Part shown: positions 43,901 through 58,360 of the stretch, in pieces
How positions within the stretch are numbered: the first letter of the stretch is position 1
Layout: the number at the start of each line of letters is the position of its first letter
DNA from: the human T2T-CHM13v2.0 reference genome, Homo sapiens
NCBI RefSeq assembly: GCF_009914755.1
Contig: NC_060933.1
Length of the DNA stretch: 64,000 nt
Reading direction: 5' to 3' (one strand)
Notes under the pieces: generated by a model
What the model was told of the DNA's origin: nothing
Seen by the model: the letters and a program-made list of their open reading frames with translations, nothing else
Databases searched by the model: none
Made by a program: the position numbers and the translations under genes

Positions 43901-44750
43901 TCCATTCCATTCCATTCCGTTCCGTTCCATTCCATTCCATTCCATTCCATTCCATTCCATTCCGTTCCTTTCCATTCCATTCCATTCCATTCTATTCGGG
44001 TTAATTCCATTCCATTCCATTCGATTGCAATCGAGTTGATTCCATTCCATTGCATTTCATTCCATTCGATTCCATTCGATTGCACTCGGGTTGATTCCAT
44101 TCCATTGCATTCCTTTCCATTCCATTCCATTCCATTCCATTCCATTCCATTCCATTCCGTTCCATTCCTTTCCATTCCATTCCTTTCCATTCCATTACGG
44201 ATGATTCCATTCCATTGCATTCCATTCCATTCCATTCCCCTGTACTCGGGTTGATTCCATTCCATTCCATTCCACTCCATTCGGTTCCGTTGCATTCCAT
44301 TCTATTGCATTCCATCTATTCGGGTTAATTCCATTCCATTCTATTCCATTCCATTCCATTCCATTCCATTGTATTCGGGTTAATTCCATTCCATTCCATT
44401 CCATTCCATTCCATTCCATGACAATCGAGTTGGTTCCATTCCATTCCATTCCTTTCCATTCCATTCCATTCCATTCCATTCCGGATGATTCCATTCGATT
44501 ACATTCCGTTCCATTACATTCCCCTGCACTCGGGTTGATTCCATTCCATTCCATTCCATTCCATTCGATTCCATTCCATTCCAATTCTTTCCATTCCATT
44601 CTATTCCGTACCATTCCATTCCATTCCATACCATTCCATTCCATTCCATTCCATTCCCTTCCATTCCGTTCCGTTCCGTTCTGTTCCGTTCCATTCCATT
44701 CCATTCCATTTTATTCGGGTTAATTCCATTCCATTCCATTCCATTCCATT
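34990..44750. repeat. Near-identical tandem duplication, ~4.6 kb unit (two full copies plus ~0.55 kb of a third)
   Basis: CCATCTATTCGGG at 35118/39720/44312, CACTAGGG at 37548/42120, GCACACC at 38221/42793. The 169-aa ORFs at 35001 and 39603 differ by one residue. The copies differ mainly in pentamer counts. Confidence 0.93.
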
Positions 44751-44759
44751 CCATTCCAT

Positions 44760-46070
44760 TCCATTCCATTCCGTTCCTTTCCATTCCATTCCATTCCATT
44801 CTATTCGGGTTAATTCCATTCCATTCCATTCGATTGCAATCGAGTTGATTCCATTCCATTGCATTTCATTCCATTCGATTCCATTCGATTGCACTCGGGT
44901 TGATTCCATTCCATTGCATTCCTTTCCATTCCATTCCATTCCATTCCATTCCATTCCATTCCGTTCCATTCCTTTCCATTACATTCGGATTGATTGTATT
45001 CAATTCCCTTACACTCCATTACATTCCATTCCATTCGGGTAGTTTCCACTCCATTCCATTCCATTTCTCTCCATTCCATTGCACTCGGGTTGATTCCATT
45101 CCATTGCATTCCATTCCATTCGGGTAGTTTCCACTCCATTCCATTCCATTCCTCTCCATTCCATTGCACTCGGGTTGATTCCATTCCATTGCATTCCATT
45201 CCATTCCATTCAATTCCATTCCGTTCCATTCCATTCCATTACATTCGGATTGATTCTATTCAACTCCCTTACTCTCCATTACTTTCCATTCCATTCGGGT
45301 TGTTCCATTCCATTCCATTCCATTCCACTCCATTCCATTGCACTCGGGTTTATTCCATTCCATTCCATTCCATTCCTTTCCCTTCCATTCCATTCCATTC
45401 CATTCCATTCCGCTCCTTTCCGTTCCGTTCCGTTCCATTCCATTCCATTCCATTCTATTCGGGTTAATTCCATTCCGTTCCATTCGACTGCAATCGAGTT
45501 GATTCCATTCTATTCCATTCCATTCCATTCCATTCCATTCCATTCCATTCTTTCCATTCCATTCAAGTTGAATCCATTCCATGGCATTCCATTCCATTCC
45601 ATTCCCCTGCTGTCGGGTTGATTTCTTTCCATTCCATTCCATTCCATTCCATTCCATTCAATTCCATTCCGTTCCGTTTCGTTCCATTCCGTTCCATTCT
45701 ATTCGGGTTAATTCCATTCCATTCCATTCCATTCCATTCCATTCCATTCCAATCGAGTTGATTCCATTCCATTCCATTCCATTCCATTCCAGACCATTCC
45801 AGTCCTTTCCATTCCATTCCACTCGGGTTGATTCCAATGTATTCCTTTCCATTCCATTGCATTCCATTGCAATCGATTTGATTCCATTGCTTTGCATTCC
45901 ATTCCATTCCATTCCATTCCGGATGATTCCATTCCATTGCATTCCATTCCATTCCATTCCCCTGCACTCGGGTTGATTCTATTCCATTCCATTCCGTTCC
46001 GTTCCATTCCATTCCATTCCATTCTATTCGGGTTAATTCCATTCCATTCCATTCGATTGCAATCGTGTTG
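44760..46070. repeat. Dispersed copy of ~33530-34940 (offset ~11.1-11.2 kb)
   Basis: Shares the 85-bp duplication, CATGGCATT, CCTGCTGTCGGGTTGATTTCT and CCAGACCATT. ORF pairs are 33783/45019 and 34455/45581. This copy is ~110 bp shorter internally. Confidence 0.85.
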
Positions 46071-49000
46071 ATTCCATTCCATTCCATTCCATTCCATTCC
46101 ATTCCATTCCATTCCTTTCCATTCCATTACGGATGATTCCATTCCATTGCATTCCATTCCATTCCATTCCCCTGTACTCGGGTTGATTCCATTCCATTGC
46201 ATTCCAATCCATGCCCTTCCACTCGTGTTGATTCCATTCTTTCCATTCCATTCAAGTTGAATCCATTCCATTGCATTCCATTCCATTCGATTCCATTCGA
46301 TTGCACTCGGGTTGATTCCATTCCATTGTATTCCATTCCATTCCATTCCATTCCGTTCCATTCCATTCCATTACATTCGGATTGATTCTATTCAATTCCC
46401 TTACACTCCATTACATTCCATTCCATTCGGGTAGTTTCCATTCCATTCCATTCCATTCCTCTCCATTCCATTGCACTCGGGTTGATTCCATTCCATTGCA
46501 TTCCATTCGATTCCATTCAATTCCATTCCGTTTCATTCCATTCTATTACATTCGGATTGTTTCTATTCAACTCCCTTACTCTCCATTCCATTCCATTCCA
46601 TTCGGGCTGTTCCATTCCATTCCATTCCATTCCACTCCATTCCATTGCACTCGGGTTTATTCCATTCCATTCCATTCCATTCCATTCCATTCCATTCCGG
46701 AAGATTCCATTCCATTCCATTCCATTCCATTCCATTCCATTCCATTCCATTCCATTCCGTTCCATTCCATTCCATTCCTTTCCATTCCATTCCATTGCAT
46801 TCCATTCCATTCCATTCCATTCCATTCCGTTCCGTTCCGTTCCATTCCATTCCATTCCATTCTATTCGGGTTAATTCCATTCCATTCCATTCGATTGCAA
46901 TCGAGTTGATTCCATTCCATTCCATTCCATTCCGGATGACTCCATTCCATTGCATTCCATTCCATTCCATTCCCCTGCACTCGTGTTGATCCCATTCCAT
47001 TGCATTCCATTCCATTCCATTCCATTCCATTCCATTCCATTCCATTCCATTCCGTTCCGTTCCGTTCCGTTCCGTTCCATTCCATTCCATTCCATTCTAT
47101 TCGGGTTAATTCCATTCCATTCCATTCCATTCCATTCCATTCCAATCGAGTTGATTCCATTCCATTCCATTCCATTCCATTCCACTCCATTCCAGTCCTT
47201 TCCATTCCATTCCACTCGGGTTGATTCCAATGTATTCCTTTCCATTCCATTCCATTCCATTCCATTGCAATCGAGTTGATTCCATTGCTTTGCATTCCAT
47301 TCCATTCCATTCCATTCCGGATGATTCCATTCCATTGCATTCCATTCCATTCCATTCCCCTGCACTCGGGTTGATTCCATTCCATTCCACTCCATTCCGT
47401 TCCATTCCATTCCATTCCATTGTATTCGGGTTAATTCCATTCCATTCCATTCCTTTCCATTCCATTCCATTCCATTACAATCGAGTTGATTCCATTCCAT
47501 TCCATTCCATTCCATTCCATTCCAGTCCTTTCCATTCCATTCCACTCGGGTTGATTCCATTCTATTAGTTTCCATTCCATTCCATTCCCTTCCATTCCAC
47601 TCTGGTTGATTCCATTCCTTTCCATTCCATTCGAATACATTCCCTCCTATTCCACTCGGAACGATTCCAATCCATTCCATTCCATTCCATTCCATTCCAT
47701 TCCATTCCATTCCATTCCATTTCGTTCCATTCCATTCTATTCCGTATCATTCCATTCCATTCCATTCCATTCCACTCGTGTTGATTCCATTCATTTCCAT
47801 TCCATTCGGTTTGAAGGCATTCCATTCCATTCCATTCCATTCCATTCCATTCCATTCCATTCCATTGTACTCGGGTTGATTGCATTCCATTGCATTCCAT
47901 TCCATTCTATTTCGTTGCATTCCATTCCATTACATTCGGATTGATTCTATTCAACTCCCTTACTCTCCATTACATTCCATTCCATTCGGGTTGTTCCATT
48001 CCATTCCATTCCATTCCACTCCATTCCATTGCACTCGGGTTGATTCCATTCCATTCCATTCCATTCCATTCCATTCCATTCCATTCCGGATGATTCCATT
48101 CCATTGCATTCCATTCCATTCCATTCCCCTGCACTCGCGTTGATTCCATTCCATTCCATTCCATTCCATTCTGTTCCGTTCCATTCCATTCCATTCCATT
48201 CCATTCCATTCCATTCCGTTCCGTTCCATTCCATTCCATTCCATTCTATTCGGGTTAATTCCATTCCATTCCATTCGATTGCCATCGAGTTGATTCCATT
48301 CCATTCCATTCCCTTCCATTCTATTCCATTCCATTCCATTCCATTCCATTCCATTGCAATGGAGTTGATTCCATTCCATTCCATTCCATTCCGGATGATT
48401 CCATTCCATTGCATTCCATTCCATTCCATTCCCCTGCACTCGTGTTGATTCCATTCCCTTCCATTCCATTCCATTCCGTTCCATTCCATTCCATTCCATT
48501 CTATTCCGGTTAATTCCATTCCATTCCATTCCATTCCATTCCATTCCATTCCATTCCATTGCAATCGAGTTGATTCCATTCCATTCCTTTCCATTCCATT
48601 CCATTCCCTTGCATTCCACTCGGGTTGATTCCATTCCTTTCTTTCCACTCCATTACATTCCCTTCCGTGATTGATTCCATTCCATTCCATTCCATTTCAT
48701 TCCGTTGCAATCCATTCCAATCCATTCCATTCCATTCCATTCCACTTGAGTTGACTTCAGTCCATTCCTTTCCATTCTATTCCATTCCTTTCCACTCGAG
48801 TTGATTCCATTCCATTCCAATCCATTGCATTCCATTCCATGCCATTCCACTCGGGTTGATTCCATTCCTTTGCATTCCATTCCATTCCATTCCATTCCAT
48901 TCCATTCCATTCCGTTGCATTCCATTCCATTACATTCGAATTGATTCTATTCAACTCCCTTACTCTCCATTACATTCCATTCCATTCGGGTTGTTCCATT

Positions 49001-52000
49001 CCATTCCATTCCATTCCACTCCATTCCATTGCACTCGGGTTTATTCCATTCCATTCCATTCCATTCCATTCCGGATGATTCCATTCCATTGCATTCCGTT
49101 CCATTACATTCCGCTGCACTCGCGTTGATTCCATTCCATTCCATTCCAATCCATGTCATTCCACTCGTGTTGATTCCATTCTTTCCATTCCATTCAAGTT
49201 GAATCCATTCCATTGCATTCCATTCCATTCGATTCCATTCGATTGCACTCGGGTTGATTCCATTCCATGGCATTCCATTCCATTCCATTCCATTCCATTC
49301 CATTCCATTCCACTCCATTCCATTGCACTCGGGTTGATTCCATTCCATTCCATTCCATTCCATTCCATTCCGGATGATTCCATTCCATTGCATTCCATTC
49401 CATTACATTCCCCTGCACTCGCGTTGATTCCATTCCATTCCATTCCATTCCATTCCATTCCATTCCATTCCATTCCATTCCATTCCTATCCGGATGATTC
49501 CATTCCATCGCATTCCATTCCATTCCATTCCCCTGCACTCGGGTTGATTACATTCCATTTCCTTCCCTTCCATTCCTTTCCATTCCTTTCCATTCCATTC
49601 TATTCGGGTGAATTCCATTCCATTCCATTCCATTCCATTCCATTCCATTCCATTCCATTCCATTGCAATGGAGTTGATTCCATTCCATTCCATTCCATTC
49701 CGTATGATTCCATTCCATTGCATTCCATTCCTTTCCATTCCCCTGCACTCGTATTCTTTCCATTCCGTTCCATTCCATTCCATTCCATTCTATTCCGGTT
49801 AATTCCATTCCATTCCATTCCATTCCATTCCATTGCAATCGAGTTGTTTCCATTCCATTCCTTTCCATTCCATTCCATTGCCTTGCATTCCACTCGGGTT
49901 GATTCCATTCCCTTCTTTCCACTCCATTACATTCCCTTCCATTCCACTCGGAATGATTGATTCCATTCCATTCCATTCCATTTCATTCCATTGCAATCCA
50001 TTCCAATCCATTCCATTCCATTCCATTCCACTCGAGTTGACTTCATTCCATTCCTATCCATTCCATTCCATTCCTTTCCACTCGAGTTGATTCCATTCCA
50101 TTCCAATCCTTTGCATTCCATTCCATGCCATTTCACTCGGGTTGATTCCATTCCTTTGCATTCCATTCCATTCCATTCCTTTCCATTCCGTTGCATTCCA
50201 TTCCATTACATTCGGATTGATTCTATTCAACTCCCTTACTCTCCATTACATTCCATTCCATTCGGGTTGTTCCATTCCATTCCATTCCATTCCACTCCAT
50301 TCCATTGCACTCGGGTTGATTCCATTCCATTCCATTCCATTCCATTCCATTCCGGATGATTCCATTCCATTGCATTCCATTCCATTACCTTCCCCTGCAC
50401 TCGCGTTGATTCCATTCCATTCCATTCCATTCCATTCAATTCCATTCCATTACAATTCGTTCCATTCCATTCTATTCCGTACCATTCCATTCCATTCCAT
50501 ACCATTCCATTCCATTCCATTCCATTCCATTCCATTCCATTCCATTCCATTCCGTTCCATTCCGTTCCATTCCATTCCATTCCATTCTATTCGGGTTAGT
50601 TCCATTCCATTCCATTCCATCCCATTCCATTACATTCCATTACAATCGAGTTGAATCCATTGCATTTCATTCCATTCCATTCCATTCCATTCCATTCCGG
50701 AGATTCCATTCCATTGCATTCCATTCCATTCCATTCCCCTGCACTCGCGTTGATTCCATTCCATTCCTTTCCATTCCATTCCATTCCATTCCATTCCGTT
50801 CCGTTCCTTTCCATTCCATTCCATTCCATTCCATTCCATTCCATTCCATTCCGTTCAGTTCCATTCCATTCCATTCCATTCTATTCGGGTTAATTCCATT
50901 CCATTCCATTCGATTGCAATCGAGTTGATTCCATTCCATTCCATTCCATTCCATTCCATTCCATTCCATTCCTTTCCATTCCATTACGGATGATTCCATT
51001 CCATTGCATTCCATTCCATTCCATTCCCCTGTACTCGGGTTGATTCCATTCCATTACATTCCAATCCATGCCCTTCCACTCGTGTTGATTCCATTCTTTC
51101 CATTCCATTCAAGTTGAATCCATTCCATTGCATTCCATTCCATTCGATTCCATTCGATTGCACTCGGGTTGATTCCATTCCATTGCATTCCATTCCATTC
51201 CATTCCATTCCATTCCATTCCATTCCATTCCATTCCGTTCCATTCCATTCCATTACATTCGGATTGATTCTATTCAATTCCCTTACACTCCATTACATTC
51301 CATTCCATTCGGGTAGTTTCCATTCCATTCCATTCCATTCCTCTGCATTCCATTGCACTCGGGTTGATTCCATTCCATTGCATTCCATTCCATTCCATTC
51401 AATTCCATTCCGTTCCATTCCATTCCATTACATTCGGATTGATTCTATTCAACTCCCTTACTCTCCATTCCATTCCATTCCATTCGGGTTGTTCCATTCC
51501 ATTCCATTCCATTCCACTCCATTCCATTGCACTCGGGTTTATTCCATTCCATTCCATTCCATTCCATTCCATTCCGGAAGATCCCATTCCATTGCATTCC
51601 ATTCCATTCCATTCCCCTGCCCTCGCGTTGATTCCATTCCATTCCATTCCATTCCATTCCATTCCATTCCATTCCTTTCCGTTCCATTCCATTCCATTCC
51701 ATTCCATTCCATTCCGTTCCGTTCCGTTCCATTCCATTCCATTCCATTCCATTCCATTCGGGTTAATTCCATTTCATTCCTTTCGATTGCAATCGAGTTG
51801 ATTCCATTCCATTCCATTCCATTCCATTCCATTCCTTTCCATTCCATTACGGATGATTCCATTCCATTGCATTCCATTCCATTCCATTCCCCTGTACTCG
51901 GGTTGATTCCATTCCATTCCATTCCAATCCATGCCATTCCACTCGTGTTGATTCCATTCTTTCCATTCCATTCAAGTTGAATCCATTCCATTGCATTCCA

Positions 52001-54519
52001 TTCCATTCCATTCCCCTGCAGTCGGGTTGATTCCATTCCATTCCATTTCCATTCCATTCCATTCCATTCCATTCCGTTCCGTTCCGTTCTGGTCCATTCC
52101 ATTCCTTTCCATTCTATTCGGGTTAATTCCATTCCATTCCATTCCATTCCATTCCAATCGAGTTGATTCCATTCCATTCCATTCCATTCCATTCCACTCC
52201 ATTCCAGTCCTTTCCATTCCATTCCACTCGGGTTGATTCGAATGTATTCCTTTCCATTCCATTCCATTCCATTCCATTGCAATCGAGTTGATTCCATTGC
52301 TTTGCATTCCATTCCATTCCATTCCATTCCGGATGATTCCATTCCATTGCATTCCATTCCATTCCATTCCCCTGCACTCGGGTTGATTCCATTCCATTCC
52401 ACTCCATTCCGTTCCGTTCCATTCCATTCCATTGTATTCGGGTTAATTCCATTCCATTCCATTCCATTCCATTCCTTTCCATTCCATTACAATCGAGTTG
52501 ATTCCATTCCATTCCATTCCATTCCATTCCATTCCATTCCAGTCCTTTCCATTTCATTCCACTCGGGTTGATTCCATTCTATTAGTTTCCATTCCATTCC
52601 ATTCCCTTCCATTCCACTCTGGTTGATTCCATTCCTTTCCATTCCACTCGAATACATTCCCTCCTATTCCACTCGGAACGATTCCATTCCATTCCATTCC
52701 ATTCCATTCCATTACATTCCAGTTCATTCCATTCCGTTCTATTCCGTACCATTCCATTCCATTCCATTCCTTTCCATTCCATTCCTTTCCACTCGTGTTG
52801 ATTCCATTCCTTTCCATTCCATTCGGTTTGAAGGCATTCCATTCCATTCCATTCCATTCCATTCCATTCCATTCCATTCCATTCCATTCTATTCCATTCC
52901 ATTGCAATCGAGTTGAATCCATTGCCTTTCATTCCATTCCATTCCATTCCATTCCATTCCGGAAGATTCCAATCCATTGCATTCCATTCCATTCCATTCC
53001 CCTGCACTCGCGTTGATTCCATTCCATTCCATTCCATTCCATTCCATTCCGTTCCGTTCCATTCCATTCCATTCCATTCCATTCCATTCCGTTCCGTTCC
53101 ATTCCATTCCATTCCATTCTATTCGGGTTAATTCCATTCCATTCCATTCCATTGCCATCGAGTTGATTCCATTCCATTCCATTCCATTCCATTCCATTCC
53201 ATTCCTTTCCATTCCATTACAGATGACTCCATTCCATTGCATTCCATTCCATTCCATTCCTCTGTACTCGGGTTGATTCCATTCCATTCCATTCCACTCC
53301 ATTCGGTTCCATTGCATTCCATTCTATTGCATTCCATTCTATTCCGGTTAATTCCATTCCATTCTATTCCATTCCATTCCATTCCATTCCATTGCAATGG
53401 TGTTGATTCCATTCCATTCCATTCCATTCTGGATGATTCCATTTCATTGCATTCCATTCCATTCCATTCCCCTGCATTCGTGTTGATTCCATTCCCTTCC
53501 ATTCCATTCCATTCCGTTCCATCCCGTTCCATTCCATTCCATTCCATTCTATTCCGGTTAATTCCATTCCACTCCATTCCATTCCATTCCATTCCATTCC
53601 ATTGCAATCGAGTTGATTCCATTCCATTCCTTTCCATTCCATTCCATTGCCTTGCATTCCACTCGCGTTGATTCCATTCCCTTCTTTCCACTGCATTACA
53701 TTCCCTTCCATGATTGATTCCATTCCATTCCATTCCATTTCATTCCATTGCAATCCATTCCAATCCATTCCATTCCATTCCATTCCACTCGAGTTGACTT
53801 CATTCCATTCCTTTCCATTCTATTCCATTCCTTTCCACTCGAGTTGATTCCATTCCATTCCAATCCATTGCATTCCATTCCATGCCATTCCACTCGGGTT
53901 GATTCCATTCCTTTGCATTCCATTCCATTCCATTCCATTCCATTCCATTCCATTCCGTTGCATTCCATTCCATTACATTCGAATTGATTCTATTCAACTC
54001 CCTTACTCTCCATTACATTCCATTCCATTCGGGTTGTTCCATTCCATTCCATTCCATTCCACTCCATTCCATTGCACTCGGGTTGATTCCATTCCATTCC
54101 ATTCCATTCCATTCCATTCCATTCCGGATGATTCCATTCCATTGCATTCCGTTCCATTACATTCCCCTGCACTCGCGTTGATTCCATTCCATTCCATTCC
54201 ATTCAATTCCATTCCATTACAATTCGTTCCATTCCATTCTATTCCGTACCATTCCATTCCATTCCATACCATTCCATTCCATTCCATTCCATTCCATTCC
54301 ATTCCATTCCGTTGCATTCCGTTCCATTCCATTCCATTCCATTCTATTCGGGTTAATCCCATTCCATTCCATTCCATTCCATTCTATTCCATTCCATTGC
54401 AATCGAGTTGAATCCATTGCATTTCATTCCATTCCATTCCTTTCCATTCCATTCCAGAAGATTCCATTCCATTGCATTCCGTTCCATGCCATTCCCCTGC
54501 ACTCGCGTTGATTCCATTC

Positions 54520-57500
54520 CATTCCATTCCATTCCATTCCATTCCGTTCGGTTCCGTTCCATTCCATTCCATTCCATTCCATTCCATTCCGTTCCGTTCC
54601 ATTCGATTCCATTCCATTCTATTCGGGTTAATTCCATTCCATTCCATTCGATTGCAATCATGTTGATTCCATTCCATTCCATTCCATTCCATTCCTTTCC
54701 ATTCCTTTCCATTCCATTACGGATGATTCCATTCCATTGCATTCCATTCCGGATGATTCCATTCCATTGCATTCCATTCCATTCCATTCCCCTGTACTCG
54801 GGTTGATTCCATTCCATTCCATTCAAATCCATGCCATTCCACTCGTGTTGATTCCATTCTTTCCATTCCATTCAAGTTGAATCCATTCCATTGCATTCCA
54901 TTGCATTCCATTCCCCTGCAGTCGGGTTGATTCCATTCCATTCCATTCCATTCCATTCCATTGCATTCCATTCCGTTCCATTCCGTTCCATTCCATTCCA
55001 TTCCTTTCCATTCTATTCGGGTTAATTCCATTCCATTCCATTCCATTCCACTCCATTCCAGTCCTTTCCATTCCATTCCACTCGGGTTGATTCCAATGTA
55101 TTCCTTTCCATTGCATTCCATTCCATTGCAATCGAGTTGATTCCATTGCTTTGCATTCCATTCCATTCCATTCCATTCCGGATGATTCCATTCCATTGCA
55201 TTCCATTCCATTCCATTCCCCTGCACTCGGGTTGATTCCATTCCATTCCACTCCATTCCGTTCCATTCCATTCCATTCCATTGTATTCGGGTTAATTCCA
55301 TTCCATTCCATTCCATTCCATTCCATTCCATTCCATTACAATCGAGTTGATTCCATTCCATTCCATTCCATTCCATTCCATTCCATTCCATTCCATTCCA
55401 TTGCAGTCCTTTCCATTCCATTCCACTCGGGTTGATTCCATTCTATTCGTTTCCATTCCATTCCATTCCCTTCCATTCCACTCTGGTTGATTTCATTCCT
55501 TTCCATTCCACTCGAATACATTCCCTCCTATTCCACTCGGAACGATTCCATTCCATTCCATTCCATTCCATTCCATTCCATTCCATTCCATTCCATTCCA
55601 GTTCGTTCCATTCCTTTCTATTCCGTACCATTCCATTCCATTCCATTCCTTTCCATTCCATTCCTTTCCACTCGTGTTGATTCCATTCCTTTCCATTCCA
55701 TTCGGTTTGAAGGCATTCCATTCCATTCCATTCCATTCCATTCCATTCCATTCCATTCTATTCCATTCCATTGCAATCGAGTTGAATCCATTGCCTTTCA
55801 TTCCATTCCATTCCATTCCATTCCATTCCGGAAGATTCCATTCCATTGCATTCCATTCCATTCCATTCCCCTGCACTCGCGTTGATTCCATTCCATTCCA
55901 TTCCATTCCATTCTGTTCCGTTCCATTCCATTCCATTCCATTCCGTTCCGTTCCATTCCATTCCATTCCATTCTATTCGGGTTAATTCCATTCCATTCCA
56001 TTCGATTGCCATCGAGTTGATTCCATTCCATTCCATTCCCTTCCATTCAATTCCATTCTATTCCATTCCTTTCCATTCCATTACGGATGACTCCATTCCA
56101 TTGCATTCCATTCCATTCCATTCCTCTGTACTCGGGTTGATTCCATTCCATTCCATTCCACTCCATTCGGTTCCATTGCATTCCATTCTATTGCATTCCA
56201 TTCTATTCGGGTTAATTCCATTCCATTCTATTCCATTCCATTCCATTCCATTCCATTGCAATGGAGTTGATTCCATTCCATTCCATTCCATTCCGGATGA
56301 TTCCATTCCATTGCATTCCATTCCATTCCATTCCCCTGCACTCGTGTTGATTCCATTCCCTTCCATTCCATTCCATTCCGTTCCATTCCATTCCATTCCA
56401 TTCTATTCCGGTTAATTCCATTCCATTCCATTCGATTGCAATCATGTTGATTCCATTCCATTCCATTCCATTCCATTCCATTCCGTTCGGTTCCGTTCCA
56501 TTCCATTCCATTCCATTCCATTCCATTCCGTTCCGTTCCATTCCATTCCATTCCATTCTATTCGGGTTAATTCCATTCCATTCCATTCGATTGCAATCAT
56601 GTTGATTCCATTCCATTCCATTCCATTCCATTCCTTTCCATTCCTTTCCATTCCATTACGGATGATTCCATTCCATTGCATTCCATTCCGGATGATTCCA
56701 TTCCATTGCATTCCATTCCATTCCATTCCCCTGTACTCGGGTTGATTCCATTCCATTCCATTCAAATCCATGCCATTCCACTCGTGTTGATTCCATTCTT
56801 TCCATTCCATTCATGTTGAATCCATTCCATTGCATTCCATTGCATTCCATTCCCCTGCAGTCGGGTTGATTCCATTCCATTCCATTCCATTCCATTCCAT
56901 TGCATTCCATTCCGTTCCATTCCGTTCCATTCCATTCCATTCCTTTCCATTCTATTCGGGTTAATTCCATTCCATTCCATTCCATTCCACTCCATTCCAG
57001 TCCTTTCCATTCCATTCCACTCGGGTTGATTCCAATGTATTCCTTTCCATTGCATTCCATTCCATTGCAATCGAGTTGATTCCATTGCTTTGCATTCCAT
57101 TCCATTCCATTCCATTCCGGATGATTCCATTCCATTGCATTCCATTCCATTCCATTCCCCTGCACTCGGGTTGATTCCATTCCATTCCACTCCATTCCGT
57201 TCCATTCCATTCCATTCCATTGTATTCGGGTTAATTCCATTCCATTCCATTCCATTCCATTCCATTCCATTCCATTACAATCGAGTTGATTCCATTCCAT
57301 TCCATTCCATTCCATTCCATTCCATTCCATTCCATTCCATTGCAGTCCTTTCCATTCCATTCCACTCGGGTTGATTCCATTCTATTCGTTTCCATTCCAT
57401 TCCATTCCCTTCCATTCCACTCTGGTTGATTTCATTCCTTTCCATTCCACTCGAATACATTCCCTCCTATTCCACTCGGAACGATTCCATTCCATTCCAT

Positions 57501-58360
57501 TCCATTCCATTCCATTCCATTCCATTCCATTCCAGTTCGTTCCATTCCTTTCTATTCCGTACCATTCCATTCCATTCCATTCCTTTCCATTCCATTCCTT
57601 TCCACTCGTGTTGATTCCATTCCTTTCCATTCCATTCGGTTTGAAGGCATTCCATTCCATTCAATTCCATTCCATTCCATTCCATTCCATTCCATTCCAT
57701 TCTATTCCATTCCATTGCAATCGAGTTGAATCCATTGCCTTTCATTCCATTCCATTCCATTCCATTCCATTCCGGAAGATTCCATTCCATTGCATTCCAT
57801 TCCATTCCATTCCCCTGCACTCGCGTTGATTCCATTCCATTCCATTCCATTCCATTCTGTTCCGTTCCATTCCATTCCATTCCATTCCGTTCCGTTCCAT
57901 TCCATTCCATTCCATTCTATTCGGGTTAATTCCATTCCATTCCATTCGATTGCCATCGAGTTGATTCCATTCCATTCCATTCCCTTCCATTCAATTCCAT
58001 TCTATTCCATTCCTTTCCATTCCATTACGGATGACTCCATTCCATTGCATTCCATTCCATTCCATTCCTCTGTACTCGGGTTGATTCCATTCCATTCCAT
58101 TCCACTCCATTCGGTTCCATTGCATTCCATTCTATTGCATTCCATTCTATTCGGGTTAATTCCATTCCATTCTATTCCATTCCATTCCATTCCATTCCAT
58201 TGCAATGGAGTTGATTCCATTCCATTCCATTCCATTCCGGATGATTCCATTCCATTGCATTCCATTCCATTCCATTCCCCTGCACTCGTGTTGATTCCAT
58301 TCCCTTCCATTCCTTTCCATTCCGTTCCATTCCATTCCATTCCATTCTATTCCGGTTAAT
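54520..58360. repeat. Tandem duplication, ~1.94 kb unit x2
   Basis: The 234-aa ORFs at 54717/56656 and the 189-aa ORFs at 55846/57790 are essentially identical. Both copies share TTCCGTTCGGTTCC, the 30-bp duplication, TTGCAGTCC and TATTCGTTTCC. Confidence 0.93.
54721..54780 (+). repeat. Exact 30-bp tandem duplication (also at 56660 and 60429)
   Basis: GGATGATTCCATTCCATTGCATTCCATTCC x2. Confidence 0.9.
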
